A program made the position numbers and the translations under genes. A DNA stretch of 60,847 nt, counting the filler, from Dugesia japonica (lineage: Eukaryota): assembly GCA_001938525.1 (NCBI GenBank). It is 5 parts of 5 records of this genome, joined end to end, with 100 filler letters (N's around TTAATTAATTAA, not from the genome) between each part and the next. Parts side by side here need not be neighbours in the genome. Positions count along the whole stretch, not along the records: positions 29,678 to 42,474 come from MQRL01643412.1; positions 42,575 to 51,226 come from MQRL01589560.1; positions 51,327 to 60,847 come from MQRL01590342.1; 2 more parts are not named here. One strand, given 5' to 3'. A model generated the notes under the pieces. It was not told the origin of the DNA. It saw only the letters and a program-made list of their open reading frames with translations, and did no database searches. Shown piece by piece: positions 41,901-53,485 of this stretch (positions within the stretch are counted from its first letter, which is position 1; every line of letters begins with the position of its first letter).

Positions 41901-42474
41901 GATCTTGAAACTTATCAACTATAAATTAAAAACTGTCTAAACATTATCTAAAGGAACTTTTCCGTATAATGCTTCGTTCTCAAGATAAAGTGTGTAATGC
42001 ACGGCACCAATATAATGATAATAGTTATAATTATAATGAAATAATAATTTATACAAAAACATATTAGCAATATTAGAATCAGCATCAAAAACTGACTATA
42101 TATTGTTTCATTGAAAATCTCTTTCCTTATATACCATACCTCGCCCTCACTATAGAAATTTAGTTTTCAGATTTAGAAAGAAAATTAAAAAGTAAGATAG
42201 GAAATTATCTATACAATATTTATGAAAATGCTTCCTTCCCAATCAAAATGGTGGCGATTTTTCTCATATATATATATATATCTTTACATAAGGTGTATGC
42301 TATGTTATAAGTGATATTTTTCTTATTGCATATATTTTTACCATCACAAATGGATTTGGAACCACAAAGGTTTTGTCTTGGTTTCTTAAATTAGATGCCC
42401 AAAAAGCATGTGTTTTGAATATAGCTCTTGGATTATGTTTACTTTTCTATTTTTTTATTATATTTTGCATTATT

Positions 42475-42574
42475 NNNNNNNNNNNNNNNNNNNNNNNNNN
42501 NNNNNNNNNNNNNNNNNNTTAATTAATTAANNNNNNNNNNNNNNNNNNNNNNNNNNNNNNNNNNNNNNNNNNNN
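42475..42574. other. Artificial scaffold linker
   Basis: 44 N + TTAATTAATTAA + 44 N. Confidence 0.97.
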
Positions 42575-42730
42575 AGACATTGATAACGATTGCGCAACGT
42601 ATCCATAATTAAATAAAAGTCCCAACGAAAATAGCAATATACACAATCCATATACACAGATCTCTATTATTTCTTGTTTACTGGATCCAACTTGCTCATT
42701 TGTAGATGAAATTAATTCACTTGATTCCAT
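42575..42730 (-). CDS. 5' end of a membrane-protein gene truncated by the scaffold edge
   Basis: MESSELISSTNEQVGSSKQEIIEICVYGLCILLFSLGLLFNYGY: polar N-terminus plus one hydrophobic helix. Confidence 0.35.
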
Positions 42731-44759
42731 TAATTATTTCTCATAATCCAATTTCAAAATCAATAATGACACTTATTTTGTTCTATCAATTTTAGACTAC
42801 NNNNNCAATAAAAATCATCATCAATGATGACGTTGTAACTTGTGATTGGCAAATCAAATAATTATTTTTTTCAATAGTTTTTATTTAAGTTACGCTACAT
42901 CAAAAATCCTTAATTAGCAGCTTAATTAATTAACTATAATATGAATATTTTTAAAATCAAACTTATTATATGAAAATATTATAATAAAAAATTAAACTGA
43001 ATTAATGATCGACATTTATTAGATACGGGAAATCTGAATTTAAATACAATTATATTTTGTTTTTGAAATTCACGTTAAAAATTTATAATTTCTTATTTTT
43101 TTCAAGAAATACAACTCGTCGATGAAATCAATTAAAAAAATGTTCTTTATTGACGTGTAGTAGAATATTTCTTAATCTGGCTTATTAAAGGAAAATGAAT
43201 TTATCTTGTTGGAATGATGAAATCAATTCACTTATTGAGAACACAAATTAGACAATTGTCGAATTTAGAATTCGATATTTTTTGTCACAAAAAGTAGGAT
43301 GTTTCTTTAAATAATATTGAAGGTAGCATAATTTAAAGTTACTATATTGTGACTAATACCAAGTTAACTGTTTGTGTAGATATTGAAAGAATGGAGAATT
43401 GAATTTATAAATAATAAAGTTGAAAGTAACTTTTGTGATAGATTATAAAGTGATGCTTAAAACGAATTTTAATTTATAATACATTTAGAATCAAAAAAAA
43501 TGCAAGCGATAACAGTAGATATATAGTAGTGCCTCAAAACACTAGAAGTTATCGCGCAGCTCACCCTTCCCAGGAGAGGTGGGGAAGGGAGCTTGGAAAC
43601 ATTACGATTGTGCTATTATTTTTGTTATGTGATTTTTGGGTTAAATTTTTTTTAGGATCAGAAATTTTTGATCAGCTCAAATTTTTAAAAATCTTTTTTA
43701 TCTTTTTTTTATCCTATTGTTTGATCCTAGTGGGTGTAGGTACCTAACAAGAACTTATCTGACTCCAAAGATAAAATATTACTAGTCGTGTAGGTGAAAG
43801 TTCTTTTATTTATTATAAGTAATAATATAATAAATTAATTAAAATAACACTTTGCTTTAAATAAACTTTATTAGCTATGAACAATTTCTACAATAAAATT
43901 AATTAATTAAAATATAAGAGAAGTCTGATTTAAAATTTTTATCGCTAATATAGGTTTATTACAGACTTGCAATTTAGAATTTATTAAAATGTGTTAAGCC
44001 TTTAACAGACTTCAAAAAATAAATCAAGTCTTTAACAGACTATAAGACAATTATTATTAATAAAATTCTATTATCNNNNNNNNNNNNNNNNNNNNNNNNN
44101 NNNNNNNNNNNNNNNNNNNNNNNNNNNNNNNNNNNNNNNNNNNNNNNNNNNNNNNNNNNNAAATAACTAGTCTTTAACAGACTATAAGATAATTATTAAT
44201 TAATTTAAATAAATTCCAGCTTATGTCAAACTGGACTTAAAAATTATAATAATAACAATTATTTACCTTTTGCAAATTTCCCAAATAATTAAATTTGAAA
44301 ATCCGACAATCAATAATGATTCCAAAACAAAATTCTAAAAATAGATTTCTTTTTTTATAAAATTTTTCTCTCATAAAATCTTAATAATTATGTTGGTATT
44401 TATACCAATCAATTACACCTAAAATTTTTGTATTTATTTTATTCATTAAAACAAAATTAAAATATTCAATTTATTACTTAATTTTCTATTTTAATCTAAT
44501 ATGTTGTTAAATTATTTATTACGAATAACCTTTATCCATTAAAGTAAAACTAAAATATTTAATCTCTCAAATATTCAAAATAAACTAGGATTACTCCTAA
44601 TCATCACATTATTTTGCTCTTTTTAAATCTTTTTTTAGGAAGGAATTTTTGTTTTAATTATTAGTTGGATTTTGTGAATAATTCAAATTTTAATATTTTT
44701 TTTGGTGATTTTGGGGTGGGGAATTTTTATTTTTTGAGAAGACTTTATATTTATGTATA

Positions 44760-45250
44760 AGATGGGGCAGTCTTGATATTTTACATGCGAAGTATCTATA
44801 TTTTGCATGGTATGAAGGGATTCTCTATATTCTGCATGGTATCGGGAGTTTCTATATTTAGCATGGGGAGACTCTATATTTAGCATGGGGAGACTATATT
44901 TTGCATGATGAAATTCTAAATTTTGCATGGTATAGGGAGTGTCTACATTTAGTATGGGGAGACTCTATATTTTGCATGGGGAAACTCTATAATTTGCATG
45001 GAGAAACTCTATATTTGGCATGGGGAGACCCTATATTTAACATGCGGAGACTCTATATTTAGCATGGGAAGACTATATATTTTGCAACTCTATATTTTGC
45101 ATGAGACGACTCTGTATTTAGCATAAGGAGTTTCTATATTAAGCATGAGGAGACTCTATATTTAACATTGGGAGACTCTATATTTAGCATGGGGAGACTA
45201 TATATTTTGCATGAGATAGGGCATACTTGATATTTTGCATGACATGGGCA
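44760..45250. repeat. 22-bp minisatellite (ctctatatttagcatggggaga), about 20 degenerate units
   Basis: Directly visible tandem units. Confidence 0.9.
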
Positions 45251-45259
45251 GATTTTTTA

Positions 45260-45920
45260 TTTACATACTAACCCTGTATTATAGAGTTTATGAGTATATT
45301 ATTTACATTTTAACCGTGTAATATAAGGTTAACGAGTATATTTTTTAGTTAGAAACCGTGTACTATATGGTTTATGTTTGAATTAGCAATAGTTTATTAT
45401 ATGGATTTTTGTGTGTAATATTTACATAGTAACCTTGTATTATAGAGTTTATGAGTATATTATTTACATATTAACCATGAAATGTAAGGTTTATATGGTT
45501 ATTATTTGTATAGTTACCTTGTATTTTTTACATTAAAACCTTTTAATATATGAGTTTTGTGTGTATTATTTACATAGTAACACTGTATCATAGAGTTTAT
45601 GAGTATATTATTTGCCTATTAACCGTGTAATATAAGGTTAACAAGTGTATTATTTACTTATCAACCATGAAATATATGTTTTATGAAGTTATTATTTGCA
45701 TAGTTACCTTGTCGTATGGAGTTTATTTATAATATTCAGATAAAAAATCATAGTTACTATGTTTTATTTACATAACAACCATAAAATATATGGTTTATGA
45801 GTTTATTATTTGTGTAGTTACTTTGTATTATTTACATATTAACCCTGTATTATTTACATTTTAACCGTGTAATATAAGGTTAACGAGTGTATTATTTACA
45901 TAGTAACCGTGTATTATCTA
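45260..45920. repeat. ~40-bp minisatellite (aaccctgtattatagagtttatgagtatattatttacat...)
   Basis: Tandem degenerate units; reverse-complement copies at 49320-49640 and 50490-50570. Confidence 0.85.
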
Positions 45921-46366
45921 GTCTACAATAAAATCAGATATCAAGATCTATTTGCAACTACATGCGGTCAACTCTGTTTATTATGGTGGGAAAAAAACAA
46001 CATTGTACTTGACAATATTTATTTTTTCTTGTTTATAAAATAAATGTTTTTTATTGAAATGAAATCTTAGTTATTTATTAAAACTAAGAATAAAAAAATA
46101 AAATAACAACTTTTATTTATAAAATATTGGTAGGTAATATCCTATTAATACATGTTTTATTATTATTTTGACACGTTTTATTATCTAAAAATTAAAATTA
46201 AAATAAAATACTGTAACGTAATATGTCTGTAATGTTTTAAATTAATTTGACATTTTATAATACACACGTACTCGAATTTGATTGGTAAGATTTGATTAGT
46301 TAGATTTGCAAACCTTGAAAAAAGTTATTAATATTCATCACAATTTCAAATTATTTTTACAAAACC

Positions 46367-48779
46367 AGAGAACAAATTCAAGAGAGCTTAAAGTAATTTA
46401 TTATTATTATTAACATTATTAACTTTTATTTTTAGAATTATCGTGAATTCGTATGAACAAAATGAAAGAAGACTTATTTCAACTATGATTGCTGTAAGAT
46501 TGTTATAATTTATTATTATAATTAATTAATTATGTAATTTAGAATTTTAACGAATTTAGACATGAAGATGAAGGATCTCGAATGTTTGTGAATGGATATT
46601 CGCGTAAGTTTTTTTAAATATTTTTTATAAGTTAAATTTTATTAAAATTTTTAAAACTATTATGAAAAACCAATATTCTATGTCGCGTTCCATGATATGT
46701 TCCTTTATGTGATATTATGAAAAAATGTTCTATATTTTTTAATGAAAAAGTTCTATGCTTTTATCATTTTTCTGGAAAATTGCATCGCTAGTATGTTTTT
46801 TTTTAAGTAAAATTACATTGTCAATATGTTTTTTATATGCAAATTGCATCGCTAATATGTTTTACTTTGGAAATTTGCAACGCTAATGAGATTTTTTATT
46901 AAAAATTGCATCACTAATGGGATTTGTTTTTATTGAAAATTGTCACTCTTATGTTTTTTTATGGAAAAATATCATAGCTTATATATTTTATAAAGAAAAA
47001 ATGTTATTAAAATCATTATGTTATTATTATATTATTATTAAATTATTTTAGAACATTGCAAATTATACAACCATTGCGCAAGTGCGAGTCACAATGGTGA
47101 CTGCCATAATATCATGGAAGGATACTATGGCGAACGGTTTTATGGTAAAAATTATTTTGTGTGTCCTAATTGTAAGGTTTTAGGTTTAGGTGACTACTTA
47201 AGTGTTTATAGGACGCATATGAAACACTTATTTTGTTTTAGTAAAAGTAAAAAGAATATATTAAAATCAATANNNNNNNNNNNNNNNNNNNNNGAGTTTT
47301 ATGAAGCATCAGTAAATAAGAGAATTAAGATGGAAGAAATAATACTTAATGACGAACAAGTTGAAATAATTGTTATTGAAGATAACGTTGAAGAAATAAT
47401 AATCAAGGATGAACCAATTGAAATAATTAAATATGTTGTTGAAGAAATCATCAATGTAGAACCGGAAGAAGAAACAGTAAATATTGTTCAAAAAGAAGAT
47501 GCAATCAATACTGAATCAGATGATTGGAACAGTTTTGAAGTACTTGATGAACTTGATGAAGAAGATATAGTGTTACAACAATTTATGGATGCAGAAGAAG
47601 CGGAAAATAATAATCAAGTTGGTGGATTGATAATGAATAATGGTGACGCTATAATGTTACAACAATTTATGAATGCAGAAAAAGAGGAAAATAATAATTA
47701 AGCTGGTGGATCAGCAAAAAATACTGTGGATGATGGAGTAATTATAGAATCAGATTTGAATAGCTGTCATAAGATACTTAAAATAGATGTTTTCAGATGG
47801 AATTGTCGTGAAATAATGTTACCAGAAGCAATAGTTGCAAAATTTTTTCAGGCCATAGAAGAATGAAACAGGTTGAAATTCAATTTGGGGTGCATGTTGA
47901 GTTCAAGGCTAATAACGACAAATGCTGATGGAGAAAAAGAGGAGTTTAAGTCCTGTAGGATATCAAATAGAGCCGTTGCATTAACTGACAACTTTTTTGA
48001 AGATGGGATAAACCAATTAAAGGTAAAAATAACAATAAGAAGCAAATCAGGCTCCAGTTGGATGTTAAATCGAATACTGGAAATTAATTTTAAGATTAAA
48101 AATGTTGTAGATATTTATCGACTTTCGAGAAAAAGTTGTATTCCAACACCGAAAGATCTAGAAAAGAAAAACGCCATTCTAAACATTAAGAACAATGATA
48201 ATTACAGTTTAATTTACAGTTTTCTTGCTGTCATCAAAAGTGATCAAGCTGGGCAAAGGAATAAAAACCGCGTAACATTATATAAAAAATACATGTCGGA
48301 GCTTGTATTCAACAAAGAAGATATGCCGATGAAACTGAATGATATACCAAAGCTCGAAAAGAACAATCCAGGAGTATCCATCAATGTCCTATCATGGAAT
48401 CAAGAATCATTGGAGGATGAAGAAGATGATATAGTAATGAAACATCCAAATTTGGATATAATACACAGGTCAAAAGTGATAGATGGAGAGAAAATATATC
48501 TGTTATTACTAGAAAATAATAACAGATTTCATTACACTGCAGTAACAAACCTAAATTGACTGATAAACAGGGATAATAAAGGACATGATGTTCGTATTCG
48601 ATCAAAATGGTGTACTAACTGTCTCAACGGGTTCAAAAATAGAGAAGCTTATGAGAAGCATGGACCAATTTGCAAAATAAAATCCAGACAAGTACTATCA
48701 TGTATACTATGCAATCGGAGAAGAACTTGATTTTTTAAGGATTATTCATTAGCAATAACACCACTTTTTGTTATATATG
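46367..48779 (+). pseudogene. Spliced N-terminal half of a Polinton/adintovirus-type protein-primed DNA polymerase B (exons ~46367-46392, 46436-46493, 46543-46603, 47052-48779)
   Basis: SGSSWMLNRILEINF..SCIPTPKDLEKKNAILNIKNNDNYSLIYSFLA..PMKLNDIPKLEKNNPGVSINV..IYLLLLE..FHYTAVTNLN..WCTNCLNGF..HGPIC..PLFVIY; track ORFs 47114-47701 and 47873-48559 share one frame broken by point stops; catalytic domains absent. Confidence 0.8.
46650..46990. repeat. ~30-bp minisatellite (gaaaattgcatcgctaatatgttttt) inside the 448-nt intron
   Basis: Tandem units; related direct block at 49700-50090. Confidence 0.75.
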
Positions 48780-49319
48780 GTATGTATTTATTTATTTATA
48801 CATGTTTAAATGTTTTATTTAGATTATAATGATTATAAAAGTAAACAATGTAAAAAAACATTTGTGAACGTTTAATCGGTCCTCTTTATGATCAAAAGTG
48901 TATATTGTTGTATATTGATGAATACAATATGCTATTATTATTATTATTTTTTAGTTTTTTATTAGTTTTTTTAAAATTATTATTTATTAATTTTTTTATT
49001 ATTACAAACAAGTATTAAAGAAGAAGAAAATAAAACTAGTTGTTGTAATAATACATTCTTCTTATTTTAAATAGTTTTTTTAGTTATAAATGCAATATGT
49101 ATGCAATAGGAACGCAATTGGAATGCAAAACACATTCACTGAAAATCACATGCCTAGGATTTTTTTAAAATTNAATTNAATTTAAAACTGTCCAATATCT
49201 TTGACAAATATCATTGCAAAATATTAAAACTGACCAATGACCAACAATAATATCACGATAGTCCAACTAAAATCGCTAAAATATAAAAATGATCTAAAAC
49301 ATATTCCTCCCACATAGAA

Positions 49320-49640
49320 TATCTAAGTAAATAATACAAACAAAATACATGGAACTATGCAAATAAGCCTTATATTACTCGATTGTTATGGTAAAAAATT
49401 CAAAGTAACTATACAAATAATGTACACATAAACCTTATATTTCATGGTTTAAATGTAAATAATATACTCATAAACTCTATAATTCAGGGTTAGTATGTAA
49501 ATAATACACACAAAGCCCATAATAAACGGCCGCAATATAAAAAATACAAGGTAACAATGCAAATAATACATTCATAAACCCTATAATACAGCGTAACTAT
49601 GCAAATAATATACTCATAAACCTTATAAACTCATTAACCC
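49320..49640. repeat. Inverted copy of the 45260-45920 minisatellite
   Basis: aatgtaaataatatactcataaactctataattcagggttagtatgtaa is nearly the reverse complement of 45261-45309. Confidence 0.85.
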
Positions 49641-49699
49641 TATAGATCTCAAATTTACTTATTAGTCTTTTTATATAGGCTTATTAGCTATATATATAA

Positions 49700-50090
49700 G
49701 GAAAAATTATGTTTTTATCATTTTGTATAGACAAATTCCCAGCGAAAATGTTTTTATGAAAAATGTTCTACGTTTTAATCATTTCGAATAGATTTTCATT
49801 AATATTCTATGCTTTTATCATTTTTATAGACAATTGTCACGACATATATGTTATTTATAAAAAATTGTCGATAGTAATATATTTTTTATAGAAAAGTGTC
49901 ACTAGTAATATGTTTATATAGAAAACTGTCACAATAATATGTTTTTCATGGAAACTTGTCACTATTAATATGTTTTTATAGAAAATTGTCACTAGTAATA
50001 TGTTTTTTATAAAGAAAATTGTCATTAGTAAAATGCTTTTTATGGAAAATTGTCACTATTAATATGTTTTTATGAAAGAAATTTCTGTTT
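49700..50090. repeat. ~30-bp minisatellite (gaaaattgtcactagtaatatgtttttata)
   Basis: Eight or more visible tandem units. Confidence 0.85.
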
Positions 50091-50919
50091 TTTTATAATC
50101 TTGTAAAGAAAAGTTTTAATTTCAATATTTATTCGTGATATATTTATTCTTCAACACAGCTGCAACGCACATTCACTGAAAATCATGCGCCGAAAAATTT
50201 TTTAAATTTCCCACAAAATTATTTTTTTAAATTTCTTGACAAAAATAAAGTTTTCAAATTTCCCGTCAAAAATATAATTTTTAATTTTCCCGCAAAAAAT
50301 AAAATTTTCGAATTTCTTACTAAAAATAAATGCAATAGGTATGCAATACAGCAACACATTTGGGAATTTTAAAAAATGCAATAGGTATGCAACTCAGATG
50401 CAACACAATTGCAACACACCAACACGTGCCTGTAATTTTTAAAACTACTCAAACTCCTAAAGTAGAGCAATAATCTAAAGAAAACCTCTCCCACATAGCG
50501 TAACTATGCAAATAATACAAACAAGACATGGTAACTAAGTAAATACTCCGTAACTATGTAAATAATAAAATAATTTGTAGAAGTTTATGTTTTATTCATT
50601 TCATATTAACATAATTATAATAATTACAATTACGATTATAAGAAATTAAAAATTCAATAATTATATAGATTACTTAATTTTATATTATCATAACTGTAAT
50701 TATTATAATTATGAAAACATGTATTAGCATTCTTCATTTTAAATGCATTTATTATATTGAAATTTTAAAAAATCAATACATTTATTGATTTTTAAATTAA
50801 ATATTTACTTAATTGCATTTAAAATTAAAAATAGAGAATTAAAAATGGAGAATTTAAAAATGGTGAGTTTATTTCTTTTATATGTTAATTTAATGTAAAT
50901 TTAGATAAATTAAATAAAA

Positions 50920-51075
50920 AAATCCATTATTATATGGTCTATTATGATTAAAAATTTCCATTAATATGGTCAATTATTTTTAAAGGTTCCATAGTAATAT
51001 GGTCTATGATATTTAAAGGTTCAATAGTAATATGGTCTATAATATTTAAAGGCTCCATTAATACGGTCAAAAATG
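50920..51075. repeat. ~32-bp tandem repeat (tccat(agt)aatatggtctat.atatttaaagg), about 5 units
   Basis: Directly visible. Confidence 0.8.
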
Positions 51076-51226
51076 TCTAATATGAGTAGATAGATTGTAG
51101 CAGTCCGCAACACGCATACAATCAGTAACCCCTACCCCTACCGTGACGTAACGAAATTTAATCCTAATGTATTTAGTTGGGAATTTAAAAATTGCATCAT
51201 TAGGTAATAGTAATTAATTTGGGGTT

Positions 51227-51326
51227 NNNNNNNNNNNNNNNNNNNNNNNNNNNNNNNNNNNNNNNNNNNNTTAATTAATTAANNNNNNNNNNNNNNNNNN
51301 NNNNNNNNNNNNNNNNNNNNNNNNNN
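51227..51326. other. Artificial scaffold linker
   Basis: 44 N + TTAATTAATTAA + 44 N. Confidence 0.97.
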
Positions 51327-51341
51327 CATACCTATTAATTG

Positions 51342-51643
51342 TTTATAATGATATCCATTTTCCTTTTCTATTTACAATTTTCTTACCATACATTTTGGTA
51401 CGTTTCTTGAAATTACTCAACTGTTTCCTTTTGCAAATACTCTTTCGTTTCCTATTTTTTAGGTTTTGATTGATTGTGAGGTTTGGAAATACCTTTCAAG
51501 TTCTTAACTAAAACTTTTTAAAATTTAGTCATTTTGTTTTTTCATAGAAATTACTTGGTTTGTTTAAAATGTAATATTTTTAGGATTGAAAATATCGGTT
51601 CGTACCCTCATATCATCCGGACATTGTTGTGTAAAATCTAAAA
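51342..51643 (-). pseudogene. Second copy of the ATPase C-terminus plus basic protein
   Basis: LDFTQQCPDDMRVRTDIFNPK followed by a Lys-rich frame ending ...MYGKKIVNRKGKWISL*, paralleling 51884-52230. Confidence 0.7.
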
Positions 51644-51694
51644 NNNNNNNNNNNNNNNNNNNNNNNNNNNNNNNNNNNNNNNNNNNNNNNNNNT

Positions 51695-51848
51695 TACTCA
51701 TATTTACATTTCCGCGAACAATAGTTATAATAATTTCAAATACATCATCCATAACAAGCGTTGGAAATGATTTTAAAAATTGCTTTCTCGCTGATTTTGA
51801 AGATTGAATTAAAGATGTTAAAAATGCAATACTTCGTTGTAATTTCAT
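51695..51848 (-). CDS. Polinton small conserved protein (PW-like), truncated by N gap
   Basis: MKLQRSIAFLTSLIQSSKSARKQFLKSFPTLVMDDVFEIIITIVRGNVNM fits the LxxL...RKxxL...EIxxNxLxGNV pattern of the small gene found near the Polinton ATPase. Confidence 0.55.
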
Positions 51849-51883
51849 TTTATATTTTAATAATATAGCTTACCTGTATTTGT

Positions 51884-52087
51884 TTATAATGATTTCCATT
51901 TTCCATTTACGTTCGACATTTTCTTATCATACAGTTTCAAAAGTTTCTGAGAAATGTTCAACTGTTTACTTTGTTTCCTCTTTCCACCTTTGTTCTTTTT
52001 TACAATAAGCTTTTTTGATCGTTTTTCTTTCTTCACTTTAGATATACTCTTGATCTGATCAACTTCAGTTTTCTTAAATTTTGTCAT
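51884..52087 (-). CDS. Small Lys-rich basic protein, putative virion core or DNA-binding protein
   Basis: MTKFKKTEVDQIKSISKVKKEKRSKKLIVKKNKGGKRKQSKQ...GKWKSL, directly downstream of the ATPase. Confidence 0.5.
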   Translation of the reverse strand: MTKFKKTEVDQIKSISKVKKEKRSKKLIVKKNKGGKRKQSKQLNISQKLLKLYDKKMSNVNGKWKSL

Positions 52088-52103
52088 TTTAAAAATAATA
52101 TAA

Positions 52104-52730
52104 TTACTTAGTTTGTTTATACACAGTAACACCATCAGGATTGAAATATTGGTTCTCACCCTCTGTTCGTCTGGACATTGTTGTGTAAAGTTGAGAAAAA
52201 TATAACCATGTGAATTTATTGTTGCATCTTAAAATGATTCAATAAGAAATTGTCTATTATTAGGATAGGCCTGTCTTGCTAGAAAATCAACAACTGTTTG
52301 ATCTCTTGGATTTTTAAATATAACCAAGTATTGTACATTTAAATTACGTGTCCTTTGACTTTCTCCTTGATGGGATAAATTTTGAGTAATGAATATTATA
52401 GTCACATTACAATGTCTGTTTATTTTTGTAAATAAATTATTAAATTCCTTTTCTTTGTTTGCCTCCTGATACAGATCATCTTCTACGATAGCATCACCCG
52501 GCTTCAATCTCTTGCTCCAATTTTTATCAAATCCCTTTATAATTGTCATTTTAATGTTGCAAAATTCAGATTGTGTCAATCCATGCTCTTCATTTGCACC
52601 TCTGTGTCAATATATTTTGTTAATTTTTTTATTTAAATAAATTAGATTTTAGTAACTTGCATAAAAGTAAGGTTTTTCCACTACCACTTGGACCAACCAC
52701 TTGATAAACATCATCATTTCTCAACACCAT
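52104..52730 (-). pseudogene. A32/FtsK-HerA family DNA packaging ATPase (Polinton/adintovirus type)
   Basis: Walker A VVGPSGSGKT, Walker B AIVEDDL, RHCNVTIIFITQNL, NLNVQYLVIFKNPRD, HGYIFLNF; a few stops and frameshifts. Confidence 0.9.
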
Positions 52731-52851
52731 TTTATACAGATTTAATCAAATGCATTGTTTATAATACTATTTGTCTTTTTTTAAATGAATTAATTAATTT
52801 AATTTCTGGAAAATACATATATATACGCATATTTAATAAAAATCATTAGTA

Positions 52852-53302
52852 ATGTTAGTTAATATTAATTACAAAGGTAAAGCAAGACAAGATGTAACAA
52901 GCAAAATGAAGTTTTCTATTGGTAAATCTTCTCAATATGTGGACAAAAGTAAAAAATATACATTAATAATNNNNNNNNNNNNNNNNNNNNNNNNNNNNNN
53001 NNNNNNNNNNNNNNNNNNNNTTGGAAATGGAAAAATTATAGTATGATATAAAATATATTCGTTTGCAATCATTAACAATTGAAATCAATTTGGGGCAAGT
53101 AATCAATTTGTATAAACTAGCAAAAATAACGAAATGTTGGTTTGAACCAGAATTGTTTCCTGCATTACAACTTACAAAGTATGATCCTGTATGTGTAAAC
53201 GTATTTTCATCAGGCAAAATTGTAATACTCTGTATAAAGACTTTATACAATCAAGGATATGTAGATAATATAATTTCTGATTTATATAATTTTATTGTTT
53301 AA
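52852..53302 (+). pseudogene. TATA-binding protein (TBP)-like gene, divergent from the ATPase
   Basis: LQSLTIEINLGQVINLYKLA..CWFEPELFPALQLTKYDPVCVNVFSSGKIVIL matches the TBP repeat consensus (I.L..LA...YEPELFPGL....P.....IF.SGK.V); first repeat short and divergent, crossed by an N gap; one in-frame TAG. Confidence 0.8.
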
Positions 53303-53485
53303 TTTCACAACACGAATGCACATTGTTGCAATATGAATGCAAGTATAACAAGGCATTTCCTTATTTGATTATTACTTGTTTTTTCATTGGTCNATTTTAA
53401 TTGGTCGATTTGTGTTAAACCNAGAATTGTATATAACACATTACATATTTCATTTTAATCAGTTGTTAATTTTTAAAAAAGTAAA

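Noticed and set aside
44024-44200. Repeated agtctttaacagactataaga around an N gap
   Set aside because: Short tandem repeat or assembly overlap; no further structure
44760-45250. Regular 22-bp repeats as a possible CRISPR array
   Set aside because: Head-to-tail units with no unique spacers, no cas genes, eukaryotic context
47145-47189. Apparent 45-nt GT-AG intron in the PolB leader
   Set aside because: In-frame and stop-free, and it encodes the CPNC half of a likely zinc finger, so probably coding
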